NCBI GenBank assembly: GCA_965112155.1 | Contig: OZ218098.1 | Length of the DNA: 64,000 nt | Origin: Podarcis liolepis | Taxonomy: Eukaryota | Direction: 5' to 3' (one strand) | Part shown: piece after piece, positions 50,101 to 60,300 of the stretch | How positions within the stretch are numbered: the first letter of the stretch is position 1 | Layout of the letters: each line of letters begins with the position of its first letter | The notes under the pieces: generated by a model | What the model was told of the DNA's origin: nothing | The model's database searches: none | What the model saw: the letters and a program-made list of their open reading frames with translations, nothing else | Program-made: the position numbers and the translations under genes

Positions 50101-52542
50101 AGGCTTCGCAAAACAGCAGAAGAGGAGACATCCTTTGAGGAGCTAGTATGACCTGGAGAGTCATCTAATGAAGAAATTTTAGAAAGCATTTGTGAGATTA
50201 TGAATTTCATTCAAGACAAGCACGCTTTCAGCACAAACATGATAGAAAACCATTATAAAACCAGTAACCTTAGCAGTACATTTAATGTTATGTTTTTTTA
50301 AAGTTTTTATTTATACTTTTCAAGTTTATACATTTCATTAGTTGTACAATCAATTTAACATTTCAAAGTTTGACTTGCTTCCCCCTCTTTCTGCAGTTCC
50401 TTAAATGTATTTTCTAATATCTTCTGCATATCCAAATTCATTTAATTTGCTCATTTAATTATCTACTTTAAATATATACTCTTATGAAACTGCAGGTTAT
50501 TACAATAACCCTATTAATGTTTTTATCTGTTTGCAAATTATCTGTAAATATTCAATAAACCATTTCCATTCTTTTATAAAAAGTTTGTTATCTTGATTTC
50601 TTATTCTTCCGGTAAATTTCGCCATTTCTGCATATTCCATAAGTAAGAGAGTGGATTCTGACAAAGCTGCTAGCAATGCTCTAATTAACATTAAACAACT
50701 TATTGAACGTTTAATATTAATTAGAGCATTGTTAGCAGCTTTGCCAGAATCCACTCTATTACAATTTTATCTCACCATTCCTTGAAAAAGAATTGAATTT
50801 TAATTACTGTACATTACAGGAGTATCCCACATCTAAACACAGCATGCACTTCTATGCACACTTACCTGGAAGCAAGCCAAACTGAACTCAGTGGGACTGA
50901 CTTCCAGGTAGACATGCATAGAACTGTGTTGTTAATATCTCAAAAATGGAAACAGCATTTTTAGCATAATCAGGCTTCAGGTTTTACCTGGCAACATCAG
51001 TCTGTTGCATTCTTGGGGTTCAGTAACAGGAAGGAGAGACAAACAGGTTATATCTTTAGGTTCTGATTCCACAAGCTCCTGTCCTAGTGGAATAGACGTG
51101 TTCTGAACAAATTGAACCAGCAGCTGGGGGGAAAGCAAAGATATTAAAGCAGCAGCAAATGCTTAGAACTGAAGCTGAATGCTTTCTGTCAATTCTCCCC
51201 GGTTCCCATTCTACAACTACAGCTGCAAAAGGCAGTAACACAGAGAGATGGTTCATAAACTACACTGTAGTGAATATACTAAAAGTAAATAGTCTGTCAT
51301 TCGGAGCTCAACCAAGAAACAATAATAAATCACCAATGTGAAATAATTACTCACTACTTACTCTGAACTCTTATTTCCCTGTGCAAATGTTAATTCTTAT
51401 GGTAACAAGCATAAACGTTACATGACCTGTTCTTTGACTAAATTCACAACTACCGCTGCTTTTGCACAGTAGTTAGTTCATTGGTTTGTATATTCCACAA
51501 TAATGGCAGCACAGCTCTTCAGAGTTTTAGACTGGGGCCTCTCCCAACCCTACCTGGACATGCTGGGGCTAAGCCTGGCACTTTCTGCATGCAAAGCAGA
51601 AAATCTACCACTGAGCTATGGCCCTTCCCCAGTTTGATTTTGAGCTGAAAAGAAGGAACAGGCAACATACTGGTAATCTACATGAACCACCCCAAAACAC
51701 TTTTGCACTAGTCACAGAGTGCAGGCTATATTACACGTGCTGTTAAATATACAACTTAACGTCACATGTATTTTTTATACACAATATGTAGTATATTTTG
51801 TCACATGTATTTTTTATACACTATATGTAGTATATTTTGTGGAGAATCAAAACCATAATAAGCAGCCTTCTTTTCTCTTGCAAATCTGATTCCAATGGAA
51901 ACAACTCTCCGAAGCTGATAATGGCAGCTTTCTTCTATACTAAATTTCATGAATGGCAGCTTCTTTCCCATGCCAAATAGCAGTTGGGGAAGGGGGGTCA
52001 GGACAGTGGAGAAGCAGTAAAGGATTAGTACACCCCTTCCTTTCATTCTAACTAGCCCCCCTGGCAGCTTTTTACCATGAAGGCCATAAGTATAACTGCT
52101 CTGAGCTGGAAGTCTTTATGTCAAGCAATTGGGTCTTATTGGTACCTCAGAGTTTTTGCATTAAGAGCCATGTGGACTGTTAACCATTTTTTAACTGTGA
52201 GCTCTGTGCATTGCAATGCTACATGGGCTTACTCAGAAGTAAGTCACATTGTGAGGCTCACTCCCATGTAAGTTAGCACAGAATTCCTGCTTAAGTGTCA
52301 CTTGTGATTATAGGTTTTCAAGTGAGACCTTGTGGGTGCAAATCAGATGAGTGATTTTTGGAGCCGTTAATCAAGGAAAAAAAGATTGCACTGCTTCTAT
52401 GCATGATAACCATATACCAACTACACAAATCACTAGGAAACTTATCATTTGCCATAATAATTCCAGAATACAGCCATTGAGCCACAAAACAAATCTAGCA
52501 GTTGCTGACCTCTGGTTTAGACTCTAACTCATCCGATAACAT
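44120..52542 (-). CDS. ZNF410: Zinc finger protein 410 (5 C2H2 fingers), 466 aa; coding exons 52510-52542, 50988-51123, 49946-50164, 49436-49627, 47298-47457, 46586-46767, 45717-45806, 45201-45326, 44586-44723, 44120-44244
   Basis: Start [19 protein letters not shown]; [22 protein letters not shown]; fingers CTVEGC..HLKTH, CPAKDC..HMRTH, CTELGC..HLRIH, CEAQGC..HLVVH, CQIC..HMKKH. Phases are consistent; stop TAA at 44120-44122. Confidence 0.96.
50290..50647 (-). mobile_element. LINE (L1/Tx1-like) 3' fragment
   Basis: Minus-strand [33 protein letters not shown] resembles L1/Tx1 ORF2 C-termini, followed by an A-rich end. Confidence 0.5.
50648..50757. repeat. 49-bp inverted repeat (3 mismatches, 12-nt loop)
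   Basis: 50648-50696 matches the reverse complement of 50709-50757. Confidence 0.9.
51510..51630 (-). mobile_element. tRNA-derived SINE fragment (related ~47760-47870, 48820-48890)
   Basis: TTCTGCATGCAAAGCAGA...TCTACCACTGAGCTATGGCCCTTCCC is the reverse of a tRNA-like head. Confidence 0.5.
51761..51840. repeat. 39-bp tandem duplication
   Basis: GTCACATGTATTTTTTATACAC(A/T)ATATGTAGTATATTTT x2, one mismatch. Confidence 0.9.
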
Positions 52543-53733
52543 TGATTCAAGTTTCCGATTCCCAAAGTCGATCTGGATAAGGCACAAAGCTTAAGAGTTC
52601 AAAGTGAACAACGTTCTGTGTTTATAAATATATTCCAGCCTCACAGCTTTGTGAGGATCTTCTTAGGAGAAGCCGTAGTAGAGAGCTATTCAGTTTAACC
52701 TGAAAAAGAACCAAATATTAAAAATATGACCAACATATTGCCAGTCATGCTGCCGTATTTTAAAACATAATTCTTTCTCACACACAAAACAGCAGTAACA
52801 TAACGTTGATTCTCTTTGCTTTCTACCTCCACTCCATGCCTGTTAAACTGCAACTGTTAAATTCCACTGCCAGGGGCCCAGACTTTGCCAGAGATCAGCC
52901 TCAAGAAACATTTACAGTTCTATGGTTCATTACAGGGATATAGTAACAACAATGAAAAGCTTTTATTTGACCATTACAGAATATCATTAATTCCCTCCTA
53001 CATAACTGCAGCAAGCTTATTTGGAGGTCAGGACCAAAAAAAATTAATACATAAATACCAGCTCTTAAGCAGCTGTCCATTCTCTCCTGCTTTCACATAT
53101 GCCTAGAACTTGCTTCTTTCTCTCTTCCTTCAAACCCATTCCAGATACTTTCAAGGCCAGCTCCAAGCTTCAGCAAGTCCTCACCACAGCAGCATAGTGA
53201 AACCAAAAGGCTCCCCTGGCCTTCATGACAGGGCCATTGGTGTTACAACCACCATATACTGGTACCTCCCATTTTACCTGGCTGTACTACAATGATTATA
53301 ACCCCCCATGAGCTTACTCAGAGGAAGTGCAATTCCTATAGGGAGTGGCCATAATCCTTCATGCTACAGAGCACCCAACAGGGTATCACTACATTATACG
53401 CTGCACAGCATTTACACACACAGCAGTATGTTAAAAAATGGGAGCTACTACATCCATTAGAAAGAGCAACAGGGATGCCTGGGTAAGGCCACAAGTTAGA
53501 AGCTGAATAGCAACATGGGGGTGGGAATCCAACTAGTGGTAACACTACTAGAGAAGGGCTATTGAACAATGTCCAGTGTAGGAGGGAAAACACACTCAAA
53601 GACAGTAGGAGTTTTGCCAGTCCGCCCCATTGACTGCATGGGCCCTGGCAGCCGCCTGTTTCTGGCAGGTGCTGATGTCAGGGCTGGATGTGTTCAAGAC
53701 CTCTTAATCCTTATTCCCAAGCAGTATGTCTTT

Positions 53734-54040
53734 AAAGGTAAAGGGACCCCTGACCATTAGGTCCAGTCATGGCGGACTCTGTGGCTGCGGTGCTCATCTC
53801 GCTTTATTGGCTGAGGAAGCTGGCGTACAGCTTCCGGGTCATGTGGCCAGCATGACTAAGCCGCTTCTGGCGAACCAGAGCAGCACACGGAAACGCCGTT
53901 TACCTTCCCGCCGGAGCGGTACTTATTTATCTACTTGCACTTTGACGTGCTTTCGAACTGCTAGGTTGACAGGGACCGAGCAACGGACCGTTGCGGGGAT
54001 TCAAACCGCAACCTTCTGATCAGCAAGTCCTAGGCTCTGT
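53734..54040 (-). mobile_element. Sauria-type SINE
   Basis: Highly similar to 20555-20874. Confidence 0.85.
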
Positions 54041-54339
54041 GTCTGTCTTAAAACCAATTTGCTCACACTTCTCCTTGGTTTTCACTGCCTCTTCCATCTC
54101 TCCCTCGTCATCCTCCTCTGCTGCCTATCCTCGATTACCGCCCAGGGCTGCTTATTGGAGGGGCATAAATTCGACAAACAACGAAAATAATAAAGATCCC
54201 GGCTATATTATCATGCAAAGCTCTTCAGGGCAGGAGCCTGACTTTTTGTTGTTGACATAACCCTATGAAACCCCACGTGCGCTGATGGAAAGCGGGGAGT
54301 GGGAACCATCGCTATACCAATAATCCTAAACTTTTCCTT

Positions 54340-55435
54340 ACTTTGAACATTAAGGACCGCGGAGCCTTCCAACCACCCAAGGAGGCGGCGGTTCGTCAAG
54401 ACCCGGGAGGGTCGGGGGACGGTAAGGAGGTTCATCCAACAACACGACCCCTCGTGAAACACCGAAGAACTTTCCGGGGCCTAAGCAACAAGCAGGTCAC
54501 CTTCTGGACGGAGTCACCCGGAGTCTCCCGCCAGCCCCTGGGTCCGGGCGGGCGCTGAGAGGGGAAGAAGCAAAGACCCGTGCCATATCGGCGACAAGGC
54601 CGAGGCGGACCCAGGCCGCTCCCCCGGCACCGAGGGCGGAGAGGGAAGGGCTTCTCTCACAGACCGGGATGGACCCAAGAACTGAGGGAAAGGGGAGCAG
54701 GTAGGCGGCGGGAGCCACACAGTGGCGAGTCCCACCGGAGTGAGGGAAGGGAGCGCGCGGGCGGAGGGCGCGTAAACGACGTATTCTCGCGCCCCCTCCT
54801 CTCCCCCCTCCAGCTCCTTCCTTCCCCGAGACGAGCGTTTCTTACCGGCATCTCAGAATCGTCCGGATATGACGCGCACAGCCATCGAAAATGCCTTGCT
54901 CCCATCTAGAACAGACCATAGAGAGAGGAAGAGAGAGAGAGACGAGCCCGTCGCACCTTTGCTGCTCGGCCGGCCCTTAACAAAAAAAACACAACAACCC
55001 ACGACTGCGTAGAGGTAGAAGATTCGCCTCGGAATGCGTTCCTCACTTCCGGTTTCCGTTGGAATACCGCCATATACGGAGCTGGTGCGGAATAGAGAAC
55101 TGGAGTCCGTCCATTGCACCTTAAAAAGCAGGGCGGGGTTTTTGTGTGTGTGTGTCATGTGTGAGTTTTTGTTGTTGTTGTTGTTGCAGCGGACTAACGC
55201 AACTCCCCGGCCCCCATTTCACAGTGCAAAATGGGAGAGTGGGTTGGACAGTGCCCTATTCTATTTCGTTGCATTGATTACCCGCCCCCATGCTCGATTT
55301 AGAACCGGAAGTGTAAAATCCCACTGAGCCTGTGACTCTATGCTGCATGAAGAAAGACGCCGGCCAGGACGCCACAATCAACGGGTAGCTTCCGGCTCGC
55401 ATAGCAAGCGCCGCCCCCTCTCCTGACGTCATGTT
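54340..55435 (-). promoter_or_regulatory. ZNF410 CpG-island promoter with ETS/GABP sites and a full CRE
   Basis: CACTTCCGGTTTCCG ~55045-55058; ACCGGAAGTG 55303-55312; TGACGTCA 55424-55431; CpG-rich. Confidence 0.65.
54846..55050 (-). other. ZNF410: Probable non-coding first exon of ZNF410 (5' end approximate)
   Basis: Donor CCG|GTAAG at 54846/54845 inside a CpG island; acceptor of the ATG-containing exon at 52699/52700. Confidence 0.6.
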
Positions 55436-56335
55436 CTAGTAGTGTGGGGTGCTTGCTGCGTGTACTTACGGATGTTCTGTGCAATCTATTTGCTATGCAG
55501 CGGTTTGATCGAGTCCCAGTATATTTGACGGATATTTTTGGGTGCCTAGCCTGAAACCACCTGCTCGCTCTCTAAACCAGAATGTCACTGATCTAGATAA
55601 TTAATGGCCACAAATCTAATACAAATAGTAATGCTTAGAATCCGTGGGTTGAGTCCAGGTGTATTTCGGCCTCTCTGGATATTGAACATCCGACTTTGCC
55701 ACACTTCAGCAACAAAAGGGACGTTGTTAAGATGGGATTGATATGCAAGTTTCACACTTAACAAGACATGAGCTAAATGCGAAATGGGAATTTATTTAAA
55801 GTAGAAAAGAATTTCACCTCCTTATGTGCTTATGCGTGGTATTTAGCTTGCTTTGCAGATCTGTTATCGGTTGGGAGTCTGATCTTTTACCCTTTGCTTG
55901 TTTGCATTTGTGTTCCACTTACTAATGGAACACACACATCTGTTTGTTTTTCGGCTTTTTGACCTCGCATTCCTCACCCACCCTTATTTTGTCACCACTA
56001 CACATGTGTATGCCATGTACATATCTGCAAGCTGAAAATACCATTTTATGCATCTAATGATACATCTGGCTGAGCCTACTTTATGCTAAAGTGTGTTGTT
56101 TTTCGCTGCAGAAAAGTAATATGGCTGCCTTTCTAGAACACGGCAGTAGCCAGCAAAATGACGAGAAAGCAAATGATGTCACTTGAAACTAGTGAGACCT
56201 AGCTACATTGGATATGGCTCTTACAGAGCAGAGCTGCAAAAGAGTCAGACATACAAACTGAATCAATGAGAGACTAGGCATTCTGTTAGATTTACAATTC
56301 ATGCAGAGTAATCCTTTACTCTTAACCTTCTAATA

Positions 56336-56845
56336 CAGTGGTTTTCAACCAGTGTGCCATGGCACCCTGGAGTGCCTTGAATGATGGTCAGGGGTACTGC
56401 TGGCAACACTGGCCTCTGCCATTCTTTCCTTCCCTCCCTTCTCTGGTGCCCTCTCGCGTTTCTGCCTCCCAAAGGCTTGCATAGCTGTTTGTTGCAGTAG
56501 CCCTGGCTACAAGCTTCCTGGGTGAATGGTGCCTCTAGGACTGGCCAGAGGGTGCTTCCCAGGCCCCTGTATGGCAGTGGGAGGAGACACCTCTCTTTGG
56601 GGCGGGGGCAGGGACAGCTCAGAGACCAGGGGCGGCAGCTCTGGCTACCCAGATAACTCCCAATGAAAGGGGAGAGGAGAAGAGACTGAGGGAACACTCC
56701 ACAAGGGAGGGTGTTTGAAAAAAGGGTGAGAGGCTGCCAGGTATACTGGCAAGGGGTGACAGAACTGGGCTCATGAGCCCCACAGGGGTGCCACAGAAAG
56801 AATGTAGTTGGTCAAGGGACCCAAAAAGATTGGAAACCTCTGCCC
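56336..56845. mobile_element. hAT-like element
   Basis: CAGTGGTTTTCAACC ... GATTGGAAACCTCTG imperfect terminal inverted repeats; GC-rich interior. Confidence 0.45.
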
Positions 56846-58719
56846 TAAGAAGTGGGTTACCAGTGCTGGTTAATGCTTCACAGTCTTGTTCTATGCACAG
56901 GCAGGCATGTTTAACAGGTTTAAAAGACTGGGCTGTACTTCCACTGAATTCAGCTGAACTAAGTTTCAGATAAACATAAATAGTATTAATAATACCACAC
57001 TCAAAATGGGTCTTAAAGGGGAGAGTGCTACAAAAGACAGTTGAACAATCACAGATTAAACTGTGGAGAGATGTGTGTTAATCTAAACATTTTCTGTGGT
57101 TTATTACTGTAGACCCTGGCATGAATAAAAAGGTGGGCATATGGTAATATGACAGGAGACCATCCATTATGAACTTTCTTGACTCTGGTACCAGTCTGAT
57201 CTCAAAACATGTCAAAACATGTTTGTGAATCTAAGTTTGGCCTCATTGACGGGCAGTATTACAATATGAGTAGGAAAATGAGAGTACCCCTGAACATTTT
57301 TTTTAAGAAAAAAACCACTGTGCTGCTTGCATAAATTTTGCTTTCTTAATTGGCATTAATATATTCTCCCACTTTCATTTCATATAATACACCAAGCTTT
57401 ATTCCGTTTGTGTAAGAACTTCTTGTGGGCATAAGGTTAAGAGTAAACACATATTGACAGACGCATGTTGTAACTCTAGCAAAAGATCCTAAACTTCTTG
57501 GTAGTGTATGACTACACAAGTGCAGGGCACATGTGTGGTTTCAGACACATAATTTGTAACAGCACAAAAGCCTGTATTAAAGCATTGTATCTATAAGCTG
57601 TGTTGCCAGAGACCTTAGAAAAGTGCCTGTGCTCTTGCATATGGTGGAGATATTGCATCATGACATCAACTCAGCATATTTTGACTGTGTGTACTTGTGG
57701 ATTATGAACTCACAGTTCAGTTGTGCCTGAGCAGTGACATCAGCACTGAGGAAATAACACCCTATATTTGGAAACAATGCTATATCTAAAGTGGCCATGC
57801 ATAAGCCTGATCCTGTACATGCTAGCTTAGAAGTAGGTCCTTATTAGTGAAATGGGGTTTACTCCTAAGCAGGTACATTTAGGACTGCAGCCATGAAAGG
57901 TATATGGATGTTATGTGAACGCTTGTTTATGAAAATGTGTTTAGGTAGCATGCCTTCATAATTGCAAGAGGAAATAAAAAAGCACCACCATCATCGATAC
58001 TGTAATCACTACTACCATCACAAAATTGCCCATCATTATGGCATGTGCTGCAAAGGTAGGCTTCCATATCCAAGAAACATACTATAAACTCCTGCAAAAC
58101 CCATGTCACTAAAAGCCACTCACCACATGTCACTTGTGGATGGCTGGTTTTACCTTCAGTGCATTCCTATATTCAACAGTTCCTTTTTCTACACAGTAAA
58201 TGAATGGCAACTATTCATTTATATGGGAGAAAGTTAAGGAGTCACTTGGAAATACCACTGAAATCCCTTCTTCTCTTTAGTGCTCCTGGTGACCCCCTGC
58301 ATTGCCCTGTTCTTTCAATTGCATGTTGGGAGCCTTGTTTATTTCTTGGTCAAAAAAGAAAGTGACAGGATTTTGGGAACTGGCAGCTGACAAATGATAC
58401 TGTTAGTGGTGTGCTAGGGTTTTCTGCCCAAGATCATGGTGTCATGTAAGAGTAGGAGTGGAAGAACCCGAGACACAGAAGTTTCTGGGTTGCAACTCTC
58501 ATCATGCCTGACCATTTGTCATGCTGACTGGGGATGATGGGAGTTGAAAGTCCAATAACATTGGAGAGTCACAGATTGTATGAGAGGATGCGTGATTTAT
58601 ATTCTGTGGGAAGATGGCCAGGAAATGGTCCTGCTCTTCAGCTAAGGGCTGCCAAAGTGGCCTTGGTTCCTTCCATCTCTAAGAGCACTCTGTTCACCTT
58701 TCCAGCCGCAAAACGGTAG

Positions 58720-59042
58720 AATTATATGCCGCCCATCTGACTGGGTTGCCCCAGCCACTGTGGGCAGACCCAAAAACACAACAAAACATCAACATTAAAA
58801 ACTTCCCTAAACAGGGCTGCCTTCAGATGTCCTCTAAAAGTCAAATAGCTCTTTATTTCCTTGACATCTGATGGGAGGGCACCACTACCGAAAACGCCCC
58901 CTGCCTGATTCCCTGTAACTTCTCACAGTGAGGGAACCATCAGGCTGCCCTGGGAACTGGACCTCAGTGTCCAGATAAGAGACACTCCTTTGTGTATACA
59001 AGGTGAGGCCATTTAGGGCTTTGAAGGTCAGCACCAGCACTG
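58720..59042 (-). mobile_element. L2-like LINE 3' fragment (same family as 33214)
   Basis: Shares GCCCATCTGACTGGGTTGCCCCAGCCACT, AAAACTTCCCT, CTTCAGATGTC and GACATCTGATGGGAGGGC blocks with that copy. Confidence 0.7.
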
Positions 59043-59289
59043 TGAACAAAATTGTTATTTTGCACACTAGTCATGCTCATGCCTCTGATACAAATGAAAC
59101 AGGACAGGGAGAATATTTTCCCTCTGCTCTTATCTGTCAAGGAAAAAAATAAAAAATAAACTCCACTTAGGTGGTAATAATGGCAGGTTCGTTCATCAGG
59201 CCCCGGTGCTTGCCTATTCCAGCACTTAAAATTATCCTGGAATAAACTGCTTCATTTTAACAGTACAGCGATGTTCGAATTTTGGAAAG

Positions 59290-59755
59290 ATGCAGAAACA
59301 CCGGGCGTCTTCCTCGCCGCGCGGAGGACTTTGTGCAGGCGCGCCTAGGTGGCAGCGCCTCCCGTTGTTCTTCTAAGCGTCCCCGCGGCCTTGCAAAGGA
59401 AAAATCCAGGTCGGCTATCGCGCCGCCCTCCCCATCCTCTGCGAAACTTTCGTTAGGTGGCATCCATCAGCCACGCCAGCCCTTCTCCGCGCGCTGAGTC
59501 ATGAGAGCAACAGTTCCCCGCCACCCCCGCCGGCTGAGCGCACTTTGGTACGCTCCGCCTCCGCTTCTCCCTCCCTCTCGGCGCGTTGGTGCGTTCCATC
59601 CCGCCCCGACAACCCAACCCGGGAGCCCAATGGTACATCTCGCCCTCCCCCTGCGGCTGCGAGCAGTGGTTGGCTCCGGCGGCGGCGGCGGCGGCAGCAG
59701 AAGCAGCAGCAGAGTCTCGTCCGGTCCCGCCCCGCCTCCCTCCGCCTTGTCATTG
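59290..59755 (+). promoter_or_regulatory. FBXO33 CpG-island promoter / 5' leader
   Basis: CpG-rich; TGAGTCA (AP-1-like) 59495-59501; CCAAT ~59627; (GGC)n 59678-59695; GC boxes ~59726-59745. Confidence 0.6.
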
Positions 59756-60300
59756 ATGTTGTTGTTTCTGTCGCAGGAGCCGGAGGGGAGGCCGAGGCCG
59801 GGCTCGGGGCTGCGGCCGCCGGCGGCTGGGCCGGCCATGTCGTCGGTGTGTGGGGGGCCGGTGGGCGCCGGCTCCCTGCCCAGCGAGCTGGTGGTCCACA
59901 TCTTCTCGTTCCTGGCCGCCCCGGACCGGCTCCGGGCCTCGGCCGCCTGCTCGCACTGGCGAGAGTGCCTCTTCTACCCGGCCCTGTGGCCCCGGCTGCG
60001 CCTCAGCCTGCGCGTCTGCCCGGCCGAGCGCCCGCGCCTCGACTTCCTCATGCGCAAGTGCGGCTGGTTCGTGCGCGAGCTCCGCGTCCAGTTCGCCGCC
60101 GACAACTACCCCAGCGGAGGAGCCGGAGGCGGCGGAGCAGGAGCCGGAGGGGGAGGCGGCGCCAGCGGGGTGTGCGAGGAAGCGGCAGCCGCAGCGGCCG
60201 CGGCGGAGGGAGAAGCGCAGCTCTGCCCTCGCTGGCTGGAGCTGCTGAGGACCTACCTGGAGCTCGTACTCTGCGTGCTGAGCAGCGTCCGCAACAACAG
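59756..60300 (+). CDS. FBXO33: F-box only protein 33, coding exon 1 (rest of the gene is outside the window)
   Basis: MLLFLS start; F-box LPSELVVHIFSFLAAPDRLRASAACSHWRECL; RLDFLMRKCGWFVRELRV; YLELVLCVLSSVRNNR followed by donor AG|GTAGGA at 60300/60301. Confidence 0.93.

Noticed and set aside
59501-59755. 85-codon in-frame N-terminal extension of FBXO33 from ATG 59501
   Set aside because: It spans CCAAT and GC-box promoter sequence, stop codons are rare at this GC content, and similarity to the orthologue begins at MLLFLS (59756).
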